Positions 1-12,202 of a stretch of 53,763 nucleotides of DNA are shown here, piece by piece; the first letter of the stretch is position 1; every line of letters begins with the position of its first letter. The notes under the pieces were generated by a model that was not told where the DNA came from, did not search any database, and saw only the letters and a program-made list of their open reading frames with translations. Source of the DNA: Octopus sinensis (taxonomy: Eukaryota); the NCBI RefSeq assembly GCF_006345805.1, contig NW_021833865.1, forward strand, positions 1 to 53,763, given 5' to 3'. The translations under genes were made by a program, and so were the position numbers.

Positions 1-57
1 GTATATATCTACTTACGATGGATCTATATACGTTACGAATACCTGCCCGTCTGCATG

Positions 58-420
58 AGGAGGAAGCACTCCGTCGGTACGACGATGAGGGTCCGGTGAT
101 CTGAATCAACGGAACAGCCTGCTCGTGAAATTAACGTGTAAGTGGCTGAGCACTCCACAGACACGTGTACCCGAAACGTATTCTCGGGGATATTCAGCGT
201 GACACAGAGAGTGACAAGGCCGGCCCCTTGAAATACAGGTACAACAGAAACAGGAAGTAAGAGTGAGAGAAAGTTGTGGTGAAAGAGTACAGCAGGGATC
301 ACCACCATCCCCTGCCGGAGCCTCGTGGAGCTTCAGGTGTTTTCGCTCAATAAACACTCACAACGCCCGGTCTGGGAATCGAAACCGCGATCCTATGACC
401 GCGAGTCTGCTGCCCTAACC
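58..420 (-). mobile_element. tRNA-derived SINE (head type D + tail type D1)
   Basis: Minus strand has a B-box-like GGTTTCGATTCCC head. The body matches 1771-2084 and 49365-49659; the tail (GGAGTGCTCAGCCACTT.CACGTTAATTTCACGAGCAGGCTGTTCC) matches 3510-3853 and 10651-10958. Confidence 0.85.
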
Positions 421-431
421 GTCTGCATGAA

Positions 432-552
432 TACAGTTATCACTCGCCATATCGCGGTTCACCTATCGCGCTCTCAGTACATCGCGGATTTTTCTGGCTA
501 ATATATGTAAATTTATATCGCAGTCTCTTCAGTATATCGCGGATTTCTGCGG
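432..552. mobile_element. Tigger/pogo-like MITE fragment
   Basis: TA-CAGT...CTCGC.ATATCGCGG terminus with repeated ATCGCGG motifs; a related end lies at about 2262-2310. Confidence 0.4.
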
Positions 553-582
553 TTGATAGATTTTTCTTTTATTCCTTTAATC

Positions 583-935
583 TGTTTCCGTCATTTGACT
601 GTAGCCATGCTGTAGCACCGCCTTTAGTCGAAGAAATCGACCGCTTATTCTTTGTAAGCCTAGTACTTATTCTATCGAACCGCTAGGTTACGGGGACATA
701 AACACACCAAGAGATGGTGGGGGAGACAAGCACGCGCGAACGCACACACACACAAACACACACACTTATACACACGATGGGCTTCTTTCGGTTTCTGTCT
801 ACCAAATCCACTCACAAGGCTTTGGTCTGTCCGAGCCTTTAGGAGGAGATACTTGCCCAAAGTGCCACACAGAGGGACTGAACCCGGAACCATGTGGTTG
901 GTAAGCAAGCTACTTACCACACAGCCATGTACATG
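583..935 (-). mobile_element. SINE family B (tRNA head, CORE-like segment, internal microsatellite, LINE-like tail)
   Basis: Matches the copy at 40470-40890. The head carries GGTTCAGTCCC and a CORE-like TGGGCAAGT segment. Confidence 0.85.
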
Positions 936-1009
936 CATATAAACACACCTACGTATACTCATTCAAGCGTACCTACGCACACATTTTAATTATTTCTGTG
1001 CTAAAATAG

Positions 1010-1760
1010 GCATTTTCACGCTTATTTCAAGACCCGAAATTTGGTGGGGGAGGGGGCCAGTCAATGTGATCGACTCTAGTACACAACTGGTACTTAATTT
1101 ATCGACCGCGGATGGATGAAAAGGCAAAGACGACCTCGGAATTTGAACTCAGAACGTAAAGCATTTCGCCCGGCGTGCTAACGTTTCTTATTTCTCTATT
1201 GCCCACAAGAGGCTTAACATAGAAGAGACAAACAAGGACAGACTAAGGAATTAAGTCGATTACATAGACCCACAGTGCGTAACTGGTACTTGATTTATCG
1301 ACCCCGAAAGTATGAAATGCAAAGTCGACCTCGGCGGAATTTGAACTCAGAACGTAGCGGCAGACGAAATACCTATTTCTTTACTACCCACAAGGGGCTA
1401 AACACAGAAGAGACAAACAAGGACAGACAAACGGATTAAGTCGATTATATCGACCCCAGTGCGTAACTGGTACTTATTTAATCGACCCCGAAAGTATGAA
1501 AGGCAAAGTCGATCTCGGCGGAATTTGAACTCAGAACGTAACGGCAGACGAAATACGGCTACGCATTTCGCCCGGCGTGCTAACGATACTGCCAGCTCCC
1601 CGCCTTTGGATAGCTAATAACAATTCTTTTCTAATTTAGGCACAAAGCCTGAAATTTTGGTGGTGGGTGCCAGTTGATTAGATCGACCCCAGGACGCAAC
1701 TGGTATTTAATTTATCGACCTCGAAAGGTTGAAATGCAATTTGAACTCAGAACGTAAATT
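1010..1760 (-). mobile_element. SINE family A, multimeric array (184-bp units)
   Basis: Minus-strand A box TGGCAG..CGTT and B box GAGTTCAAATTCC; unit starts at 1556 and 1372 are 184 bp apart. Confidence 0.85.
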
Positions 1761-1770
1761 TAATTAAAAT

Positions 1771-2084
1771 ATCACGTGATCACGTGACCGACCAGACCAT
1801 CAGATGTTGCTACACATCGCTGGTCACAATGCGTTCGCATTGTTTTAGCCTTCGAATGACGCCACCCCGCTGGCTAAGCGAGCAGGCCAACAGAAGAAAG
1901 AGTGGAAGAAAGAGTGGAAGAAGTGGTGAAAGAGTACAGCAGGGATCACCACCCCCTGCCGGAGCGTCGTGGAGTTTTCAGGTGTTTTCGCTCAATAAAC
2001 ACTCACAACGCCCGGTCTGGGAATCGAAACCGCGATCCTACGACCGCGAGTCCACTGCCCTAACCACTGGGCCATTGCGGCTCC
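1771..2084 (-). mobile_element. tRNA-derived SINE (head D + tail D2 ending in TCACGTGA repeats)
   Basis: A box TGGCCCAGTGG and B box GGTTTCGATTCCC on the minus strand; same body as 58-420 but a different tail. Confidence 0.85.
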
Positions 2085-2440
2085 AATTAAAATATATTAA
2101 AAGAAAATATGTAGTGTACCGTAGATGAGTAAACAAAGAATCGCTCATGCTGTATGGAAAACGAAACACGGGAGGCGAGTGTGTGGTGGTGTTTTGCATT
2201 TATAATATAATAAATATATATATACAAACAATAAAAATAGTAATAATAAATATACAGTACAGTACTGTTTTTACTTCGCGGATTTTCACCTATCGCGATA
2301 GTCGAGGGATTACGGTAGATGTAAATATGTTTACATGTATTTGTGTGTGTATACATGCATATGTGTATATGTATGTATATTATTATATATATATATAGAT
2401 ATAATATATATATATATAATATATACTATATAGTCTATAT

Positions 2441-2650
2441 ACCTTGTTGAATCGCTAGCTTCTGCACGCATTTTTTTCTCTCCTCGTTTCTCTATGTGTT
2501 TCTTTTTCTGTGTATCTTTCTGTAGAAGAGCGTAGCCTCGAAACGTAAAACACTTGTTTTATTTATATTCCTGAGCGCCATACTAATACAATTGTTTGTT
2601 TGTACTCCACCTGCCTTCGTCTTTTGTTTATTTTCATAAAGCTTCCCGTT
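2441..2650 (+). mobile_element. Penelope-like terminal unit with minimal hammerhead variant (2515-2550)
   Basis: TCTTT-CTGTAGA-A-GAG-cgtagc-CTC-GAAA-CG-TA-AAA; unit flanked by (TA)n; homologous to 33802-33966 and 7050-7240. Confidence 0.65.
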
Positions 2651-2802
2651 ATATATATATATATGAGAAAAGGTAATTACAAAAAGAACACTTCAAACTT
2701 TTGGTGGGATCCAAAAAGAGAGAAAAGGTGATTTCTAATAAGGATTCGTCATAATCATGAAGAACAGCCGAAGCAGGTAATAAGAAAAGGAAAATAGTAT
2801 TT

Positions 2803-3000
2803 GAGGAGATTCGTTATAGGTCTAAGAATATATCATAAACAAGTATTTAAAACAATGGAGAGAAGATGTTGAAACCGAAACAGATTTATTATAAAACTGG
2901 ATTCAATCCAGTTTTATAACAAATCTATTTCTGTTTCAACATCTCTCCATTTTTTTATACATGTTTATGGTATATTCTTCTCCCTATAACTAATCTCCTT
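2803..3000. repeat. ~100-bp-arm fold-back palindrome
   Basis: Arms centred on CTGGATT-c-AATCCAG at about 2904, imperfectly complementary out to GAGGAGATT / AATCTCCTT. Confidence 0.9.
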
Positions 3001-3203
3001 AAATATATATACATATATAATTGATATAGGATAAAATTTTTTCGGGAAAAAATTTTTATCAATGGCCAGCATATCAAAAAATGTCTTTAAAGGTGCGCCG
3101 AAGATTTTTCTATTTGGATATATTTGGGGTACTTAAGTCTGCTCGGGACTTGGTGCTTGCTTCTTCCGTGGGTATGAATAAGTATTTCATTTATATCGTC
3201 GCG

Positions 3204-3269
3204 TATGGTGCCGCTGAAGAGGGGAAAATTTCTGGGAATTAACCCCGAAATTGAACCAATACGGTAATA
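3204..3269 (+). ncRNA. Type I hammerhead ribozyme motif
   Basis: TGCCG (3209-13), CTGAAGA (3214-20), GGGG..CCCC stem II, GAAA (3247-50), TTG-aac-CAA, TA, CGGTA (3262-66). Canonical core; all three stems pair. Confidence 0.85.
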
Positions 3270-3448
3270 ACGAATTTTTTAGAGATTTCTATCGGTTTAT
3301 TTCGAGATGCATAAATTTAATGGTTATCGACACATTTTTTGTTCGGCTATCTGGCATTAGAATTTTCTTCTGCCCTTATCTTGTATATATATTATTATAT
3401 ATATCTATATACTACTATATATATATATATATATATGATATATATATA

Positions 3449-3480
<32 letters not shown>

Positions 3481-3509
3481 TAAGAATATATATATATATA
3501 TATATATAT

Positions 3510-3853
3510 GGAGGCACATGGCCTAGTAGTTGTAACAGCGGACTGGACCGCGGGCTCGAATCTCAGACCGGGCGAGACATCTAAGCTCCATGCGGCGGGA
3601 AGGTAATGGCGAACGTATACTGACCCCTTCACCACAACTTACTTTCATTCTTCCTTCCTGTTTCTGTTGCACCTATATTCACAAAGGGCCAGCCTTGTCA
3701 CACTCCGTTTCACGCTGAATCACCCCGAGAACTATGTTAAAGGTACACGTATCTGTGGAGTGCTCAGCCACTTGCACGTTAATTTCACGAGCAGGCTGTT
3801 CCGTTGATCGGATCAACTGGAACCCTCGTCGTCGTTGCCGACAGAGTGCCACG
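3510..3853 (+). mobile_element. tRNA-derived SINE (head D/C with deletion + tail D1)
   Basis: TGGCCTAGTAGT A box, CTCGAATCTC B-box remnant; tail shared with 58-420. Confidence 0.8.
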
Positions 3854-3867
3854 ATATATATACATAA

Positions 3868-4097
3868 GGCGGCGAGTTGGCATAATCGTTAGCACGCCGG
3901 GCGAAATGCGTAGCCGTATTTCGTCTGCCGTTACGTTCTGAGTTCAAATTCCGCCAAGGTCCACTTTGCCTTTCATCCTTTCGGGGTCGATAAATTAAGT
4001 ACCAGTTACGCACTGGGTCGATGTAATCGACTAAATCCGTTTGTCTGTCCTTGTTTGTCCCCCTCTACGTTTAGCCCCTTGTGGGTAATAAAGAAAC
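3868..4097 (+). mobile_element. SINE family A monomer
   Basis: GGCGGCGAGTTGGCATAATCGTTAGC head, GAGTTCAAATTCC B box, one 184-bp-type unit. Confidence 0.85.
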
Positions 4098-4499
4098 GGA
4101 TATATATACATATGTATGCATATCGTATGTATTTATGCATCTTGCGTGTATGCATGGATGTTATATGCATGTATGTATGCATGCGTTTTGTAATGTATTC
4201 CTGCATGCTGTATGTATGCGTGTAGTATGTATGCATGTTGTGTGTATGTATGAAACATCTGTTTCCCGAGAGCGTAAATGTCGCCAGAATCAGTAAATAC
4301 GTCTGTTCCATATTTTAGTTCTACCTGCACAGTTGAGTTGGAGGGAGGCTAGCAACATATCCAATATGGTGAAAAGGAGCTGGTAATTTAAATAATCTAC
4401 CCTAAAGCTTAACACCTGGAGGGGTATAACAGTTTCTAAGCAGGAAACTCTAAATTAATGCAATTTATTTCATCAGTTTTCGCTCCCCTCTATTAAGAC

Positions 4500-5560
<1,061 letters not shown>

Positions 5561-6097
5561 ATATAGCACACAAATCTATACACAAAGACATTCAAATAAA
5601 TTTAAATAACCCTCTACAGATGCGACAATATCTATTGATGTGTACATTACGCGTATATTTTCAATAAATTTCCTACGGATGTATGAGAGTATATAAGCCT
5701 TTCTTTTGAATACACATATTTAGAGAATTAGGAATGAAGATAGTAATGTATTGAAGATGAACATGGGGACTTTATTAATTCAAAGAAACTATAAAGAGCT
5801 GAATAGGAAATCGTGAAATAAATATCATTTACAAAGCGGTAAATTTAGGAAACAGTCATTTTTTTTAATGTAACGTATTTAAAAGTGGAGCTGCCATATA
5901 TACAGATATATACAGACACACACACACACACACACAACCGCATATATATTTAAATATATATATATGCATATATGAAGATATATATATACCTTATATACCA
6001 TTATATATATATATATATCATCAAAGTAAGCAACAAGAATATCTTCTGTAATTTGGTACGCTCGTTACAGATATATATATATATATATACATACTAT

Positions 6098-6275
6098 ATC
6101 TATTATATAAAATCCGTTCTGTCTGTCTGTGTGTATCTTCAAGGATCTCGAGCATCCTCCAGCCGATTGCGCTCAAATTTGATATGTAGATACTGACGGT
6201 ATCAGGGCGTGTATAAGTCTTGAAAAAATTACAAAAATCGATTCCAGGTGAGAATGCGATCGATAAAGCCATTTT
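6098..6275 (+). mobile_element. Non-autonomous Helitron-like 5' segment
   Basis: A^TC start, (CTGT)n, then GCCGATT..CTCAAATTT, an arrangement typical of small Helitron derivatives; 3' hairpin not found. Confidence 0.45.
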
Positions 6276-6676
6276 TGTCCTGCTTTTCTTCCGTCAACCT
6301 GTACATAACTGCACCTTCCATTTTTTGTTATTTTTGTACTGCTTAAAGGCACGTTACTGTCTACCAAGCTTACTATTTTAACCAGTTTGTGTTCTCCCAG
6401 TCAACAATCTTATCATTACTGGTACTTTTAAACTCCTTCGGTGCATATGTGTGTGAATAAAATCGTTTTCTTTGGAATAGGAAAAAGTCGTATTAATTCT
6501 TCTTTTGCTGGTGTCTCAAATTTAGGTTAAATCAGTGTTTCTCAAAGGGGATGCCTATGGGACGGTTCGGACAAGTTGTTGAGAAAAGTTGGTTAAATGT
6601 TGGACAACTCAGCACCGTCCATTGGACGGGGGGCGTTTTGCTCATATTCATATATATATATATACATATATACAGT

Positions 6677-6735
<59 letters not shown>

Positions 6736-7004
6736 TTGAGGGAATATTATTCCTAATTTACAGGGAAAAATTCAATTTAGAAATACTAAATCAAATTTGA
6801 ACAAAATAAAATATATATCTATAAAATAAAAAAAGACAACCTTATCAATTCAAAATGACACAATTAAATTACACCATTTAGAAATTAAATATAATAGAAA
6901 TATTAAATCAAAAATAACAATAGAATACGTTACGGATTAAGTAAATTGTGTTCATAATAAAAAACGTATATATTTGGTTGTATAATATATATATATAATA
7001 TATA

Positions 7005-7040
<36 letters not shown>

Positions 7041-7049
7041 GATATATAC

Positions 7050-7240
7050 ATATAGAAGTTGAACTTTATAGAAAAACAAAACATAGTTGTATGAACAACA
7101 AGCAAATGTATTAGTTTGATGCTCGGCAAAAATGAAAATGCATTTTACATTTCGAACCTATGCTCTTCAAAAGAAAGGAATAAAAGAAAATAAACAGAAT
7201 AAGAATGAAAAAAGCTGGTAGATTTCAGCAGTCCAACATG
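7050..7240 (-). mobile_element. Penelope-like terminal unit, decayed minimal hammerhead (7141-7175)
   Basis: Minus strand CTTTCTTTTGAAGAGCATAGGTTCGAAATGTAAAATG aligns to the 33848-33886 motif. Confidence 0.55.
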
Positions 7241-7370
7241 CCGAATATGGTCCAGAAGACATTTCTATTAATTTTTTCATCTATAATAATCCTCTATTTA
7301 CCTAATATCGAGGTCTCATTCTTTTGTTGTAACTTTTTATGATATATATATTTGTATGAGTAACGTAATA

Positions 7371-7436
7371 GTTTAGAAAAAAAATCATTGGTTTCATATC
7401 TAGCGTGAACTAGACATTTCTTCAGTTTTTCTAAAC
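7371..7436 (-). ncRNA. Type I hammerhead motif in the 3' region of a Penelope-like element
   Basis: Minus strand GTTTAGAAAAA-CTGAAGA-A-ATGTCTAG-ttcacg-CTAGATAT-GAAA-CC-aat-GA-TT-(T)TTTTTCTAAAC: 11-bp stem I, 8-bp stem II, one stem III mismatch. Confidence 0.75.
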
Positions 7437-7558
7437 GATATCCGTTCTCTGCAAAGAATGTTTTTTTTTTCTTAAACACAAGAACGCCGGTGATAGTTCA
7501 AGTAATATTCCCCTTAAAAAAATTATGGCCGGGCGAGTTGTCTTCATTCGCTTGATAG

Positions 7559-8150
7559 CTAGGTTTTCCAATTTTCAAGTAAAAATTTCCGAAAATGTGG
7601 ACAATTCCCCAAGGCTTCCGTCCTGGTGTTCAGCTTGCCTCTTGGATCATGTGAGTTCATGAGGATATATATCTTTCTGCCTTACACAATATACACAGTC
7701 TTGTTCCATTACGATAGGGTCCACGAACTTTCCAGTAATTTCCACCTGATTTTGAAGGGCGTACGATCGTCCTTTAAGCATCATACGTATGCTGCGATTG
7801 TTGCTGTGTTGCGTCTCTCTGGGACCCTGAAAGAAGATCCGTGGTTGTTCAGGCGAATTTTAAATTTGGATTCACAAGATCCGACATAAATTTTAGTTGT
7901 GTTGGTATTGATATTTCTGATATTTCTGCAGCTTTTGTTTGAGGCTACCATTGCTTGGTACACTGTATTCTCGGTGCTACATCGGCCGTCCACTGGACAT
8001 TCATTCCTAATCCTGCATGGACAACCTGCCTCTGTCCGTGCTTTAGGAGTGCTAAGTAATTTTTTCTTAACATTGGGTGCACAACTGAAAGAGATTCTTA
8101 AATTGTATCTGTTAAAGATCTTTCTGTATTTGTGTGATCGCCATAAAATG
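7559..8150 (-). pseudogene. Penelope-like retroelement ORF C-terminus with GIY-YIG endonuclease (disrupted)
   Basis: Conceptual translation across stops and frameshifts: KIFNRYNLRISFSCAPN...CPCRIRNECPVDGRC..TVYQAMV...KIYVGSCESKFKIRLNNHGSSF...IRWKLL..PYRNGTRLCILCKAE...LNTRTE..NCPHFRKFLLENWKT*, the typical PLE GIY-YIG pattern. Confidence 0.85.
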
Positions 8151-8222
8151 ATTTAAAAGAATTTTAAAGTGCCTATGTGATAACTTTAAGCCTACTATTG
8201 GGCCACCCTGTATGAAAAGAAT

Positions 8223-8338
8223 AATAGAAATGTCTTTTCTGATAATTCATCCACTTTAATAATTAGATGCTTATTTTGTAAACTTATAAGCATCTAATTA
8301 TTAAAGGTGGAAAAATTATCAGAAAAGCCATTTGTATT
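8223..8338. repeat. ~52-bp-arm inverted repeat next to a Tc1-type TIR remnant (GGGCCACCCTGTA, ~8200-8213)
   Basis: TTAATAATTAGATGCTTAT / ATAAGCATCTAATTATTAA with flanking complementarity. Confidence 0.8.
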
Positions 8339-8395
8339 AATTTTTTTTTCAAGTATATAATACTAAAACAAAGTTTCTCTATTATATATATATAT

Positions 8396-8780
8396 TTGTT
8401 TCAGTCACTTGACTGCGGCCATGCTGGGGCACCGCCTTTAGTCGAACAGACTGACCCCAGAACTTATTCTTTGTAAGCCTAGTACTTAATCTATCGGTGT
8501 CTTTTGTCGAACCGCTAAGTTACGGGGACGTAAACACACTAGCATCGGTTGTCAAGCGATGGTGGGGGAACAAACAAAGATACACAAACACATACACATA
8601 TATATATACATATATACGACGGACTTCTTTCAGTTTCCGTCTACCAAATCCACTCACAAAGCTTTGGTCAGACCGTGGCTATACTAGAAGACACCTGTCC
8701 AAGGTACCACGTAGTGGGACTGAACCCGGAACCATGTAGCTAGTAAGCAAGATACTTACCACACAGCCATGCCTGCGCCT
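8396..8780 (-). mobile_element. SINE family B
   Basis: Near full-length match to the other family B copies. Confidence 0.9.
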
Positions 8781-8803
8781 ATTAAAAAAAAATTACTCAT
8801 CAC

Positions 8804-8875
8804 CATCCCTGCGGGCAATCGAACCCCGGACTCCCATGTGACAGGCAGGGTTACTTACCACTATATTAGCAAGAA
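8804..8875 (-). pseudogene. tRNA-Asp(GTC) pseudogene
   Basis: 72 nt colinear with eukaryotic tRNA-Asp (TATAGTGGTAAGTA..GCCT-GTC-AC..GGGAG.CCGGGGTTCGATT). Acceptor, anticodon and T stems carry mismatches. Confidence 0.8.
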
Positions 8876-8876
8876 G

Positions 8877-9120
8877 TATATACATACATACATACATACA
8901 TACATACATACATACATACACACACATACATACATACATACATACACACACATACATACATACATACATACATATATACATACATATATATATACACATA
9001 CATACATACATACATACATACATACATACATACATACACACATACATACATACATACATACACACATACATACATATATATATGCACATACATACATACA
9101 TACACACACACACGCACACG
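8877..9120 (+). repeat. (CATA)n microsatellite
   Basis: Directly visible. Confidence 0.95.
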
Positions 9121-10044
9121 AACACATAACGCAGAGAATCTGGAGACGTGAGAGTAGAACGAAAATCCAATATTTCCATATGGCACCACCAGTCTCATAT
9201 TTTCCTCCAGGCAATTTTACTAACTTCGACACGTTTGTACACACCCATATACACACACACAATATATATTCATAGATGCACATATATATATATATGCAAA
9301 CACACAGACACACACATCATCATCATCGTCATAGAGTCATTTTAGAGTCACAATTATATTATCCAATATGTACTTTATTTTACCTTAAATAATATTTAAA
9401 TTGCAGTTATGATGAAACTTTGACTGCTATTTCTTGCACTTTGAATCGCCCATCCACGAAGAGGTTCCTTCGTGGGTTCGTACCTGATATGGAACGTTGG
9501 TTTATCCAAAATTGAGAAATCAGGATATGGGTTCTTGGCGTCCACATCTCGGTGTTAACTGATGCGATCGCGAGCGGATATTAATAATAAATTAATTACT
9601 TAGAGGTTAATTTTATTAAGTCCCTAATTAATGATCAGTGCCCTCCCCCTTTCCTATCCAAACTAACTGCATAAATCAACTTGATTCTTTTTTTTTTTAG
9701 TTTTATTTTCTTTGATTTCTTCTGGTTTTGTTGTGCTTTTTGTGTTGTTGTTATTGTTGTTGTTGTTGTTGTTGTTTCTTACAACAGTCCCGAAATTTTA
9801 TCCCCACTTTAATTCAATTATTATTTTCCATATACTCTTTCTTCCTGACTGGGTTCACAAGAAAAGAATAAAAAAAAAATCAAATAAGATGGTTGTCAGC
9901 AAAATGGCCTTTTTCTGTTCCAAATCTTTTATCTTTTACTAGTTTCAATCATTGGACTATGGCCCTGCTGGGGCATCGCTATGAAGAGTTTTATTCAGAC
10001 AGAAACCAGTACTTATTTTTAAGCCTACTACTTATTCTATATGT

Positions 10045-10350
10045 GGAGGAACATGGCCTAGTGGTTAGAGCAGCGGACTCGCGGTCGAGGGATCGCGGGT
10101 TCGAATCTCAGACCGGGCTATGTGTGTGTTTATGAGCGAAACACCTAAGCTTCACGCAGCTCCGGCAGAAGGTAATGGCGAACTTCTGCTAACTCTTTCG
10201 TCACAACTTTCTCTCACTCTTTCCTCCTGCATCTTGCAGCTCACCTGTGACGGACCGGCGTCCCGTCCAGGTGGAGAACCTATACGCCAAGGAAATCGGG
10301 AAACCGGCCATATGAGCCAAGCGTGGCTCGAGAAGGAACAAACAACAACA
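10045..10350 (+). mobile_element. tRNA-derived SINE (head D/C + tail C)
   Basis: TGGCCTAGTGG A box, GGTTCGAATCTC B box, tail GACGGACCGGCGTCCCGTCCAGG..., (AAC)n end. Confidence 0.85.
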
Positions 10351-10650
10351 AACTTATTCTATATTAATTCCTTTCGATGAACCGCTAGATTACGGCCGAG
10401 GCTACGCAGATATGAGCTAAGGCTGCGGATTCCTGAAGGTGAGCCTACGTGATCACAATGTCGATGTCTTATCTAGTAATACACATTTTCTTAACTATTT
10501 TTATATAGTGTTGTATAGTACAGTTGTTACTTCTGTATGGTTTTCGGGTCGGAGAGAGTCATACTTGCATGATCAATAAAATAGTTGGAGTCGTGAAGTT
10601 TATAACTATGAAGTTTGTAATTTAATTTATATATAAAATTGGTTGTTCAT

Positions 10651-10958
10651 GGAGTGTAGCTTAATGGTTACGATATTCGGCTCACGATCGTAAGGTTGGG
10701 AGTTCGATTCTTGGCGGCGCTTTGTGTCCTTGCTAAGACACTATTTCATTTCACTCCTGTCCACTCAGTTGGTAAAATCGAGTTATACCTGTAAGTCAAG
10801 GAGCCAGCCTGGCCATATTCTTTGTCACGCAGAAACTCCCTGAGAACTACGTAATCGTGTTTGCGGAGTACTCAGCCACTTGCACGTTAATTTCATTAGC
10901 AGGCTGTTCCATTCATCGGATCGACTGCAAAACTCGTCATCGTAACAGACTGAATACC
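10651..10958 (+). mobile_element. Old SINE (CORE-like head + tail D1)
   Basis: TAGCTTAATGG and GAGTTCGATTC boxes, TGTGTCCTTGCTAAGACAC CORE-like segment, D1 tail. Confidence 0.7.
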
Positions 10959-11004
10959 TAAATATGTTAATATTGGTTGTTGATATATTTTGCTTGTATA
11001 TAAA

Positions 11005-11295
11005 AGGCGGCGAGCTGGCAGAATCGTAAGCACGCCGGACAAAATATTTATAGCATTTTGCCCGTCTTTACTTTCGGAGTTAAAATTCCGCCGAGGTCAA
11101 TAAAATAAGTACCAGTCAAACACTGGGTTCGATGTATTCAACTTACCCGCAACCTCGAACTTGCTGGCCTTGTGCTATAATTTGAAAACAATATACTTTG
11201 CTTCTATGTTTGCATTCTTACGGTTCATCGTTAAGACGGCGAGCTGGCAGAAACGTTAGCACGCCGGGCGAAATGCTGAGCGGTATTTCGTCTGT
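11005..11295 (+). mobile_element. SINE family A fragments (two heads)
   Basis: GGCGGCGAGCTGGCAGAA heads at about 11006 and 11237. Confidence 0.75.
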
Positions 11296-11575
11296 TCTGG
11301 GATATTATACATATCCCGGAAACAGCTGTAAGACCTATTTACAAAACTTTTCACAGCCTTGGATTTTAATCTCATTCTGAATTTTTTTTTTTTTACATAT
11401 ACACATGCTGATATAAGACCTACGTTGGACTCCTCATTCGCATAATCACCGGACCTGGAGCTTAACTATAGTCTCTTCAAAGCACTTACTCAGCATTACC
11501 TGACACCTTTGAGTTTTATTGACACCATTACCTCCCATAACCCCACCTCTCTCTCCCTCTCTCTCTCTCTCTCTG

Positions 11576-11957
11576 AGTGGCTGTCTGGTAAGTAGCTTGC
11601 TTACCAGCCACATGGTTCCGGGTTCAGTCCCACTGTGTGGCATCTTGGGCAAGTGTCTTCTTCTATAGCCTCGGGCCGACCAAAGCCTTGTGAGTGGATT
11701 TGATAGACGGAAACTGAAAGAAGCCCGTCGTATATATGTATATATATATATGTATATATGTGCGTGTATGTTTGTCCCCCTAGCATTGCTTGACAACCGA
11801 TGCTGGTGTGTTTACGTCACCGTTACTTAGCGGTTCGGTAAAAGAGGCCGATAGAATAAGTACTGGGCTTACAAAGAATAAGTCCCGGGGTCGATTTGTT
11901 CGACTAAAGGCGGTGCTCCAGCATGGCCACAGTCAAACGACTGAAACAAGTAAAAGT
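11576..11957 (+). mobile_element. SINE family B
   Basis: Near full-length match. Confidence 0.9.
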
Positions 11958-12049
11958 GTATATATATATAACGAATGGTTTACACCTGGTAGCTTACTAG
12001 TAAAGCACGTTCACTTTCACAGTGATCGTTACGTATATGGTAAATGAAA

Positions 12050-12107
12050 GACGGAAGATGGAATATACGAGAATTTATTATTAATCACGACAATTGTTTC
12101 GACACAT
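12050..12107 (-). mobile_element. 3' half of the hammerhead unit seen complete at 21432-21549
   Basis: Minus strand ATGTGTC-GAAA-CAATTG-TC-GTGATTAATAATAAATTCTCGTATATTCCATCTTCCGTC. Confidence 0.75.
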
Positions 12108-12109
12108 TT

Positions 12110-12167
<58 letters not shown>

Positions 12168-12202
12168 TGTATGTATGTATGTATGTATGTGTGTATGTAT
12201 GT

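Noticed and set aside
3868-3960. SINE heads as tRNA genes
   Set aside because: A and B boxes are present but there is no cloverleaf; they continue into SINE bodies.
4400-4480. Minus-strand CTGATGA
   Set aside because: No compatible stem I or properly placed GAAA.
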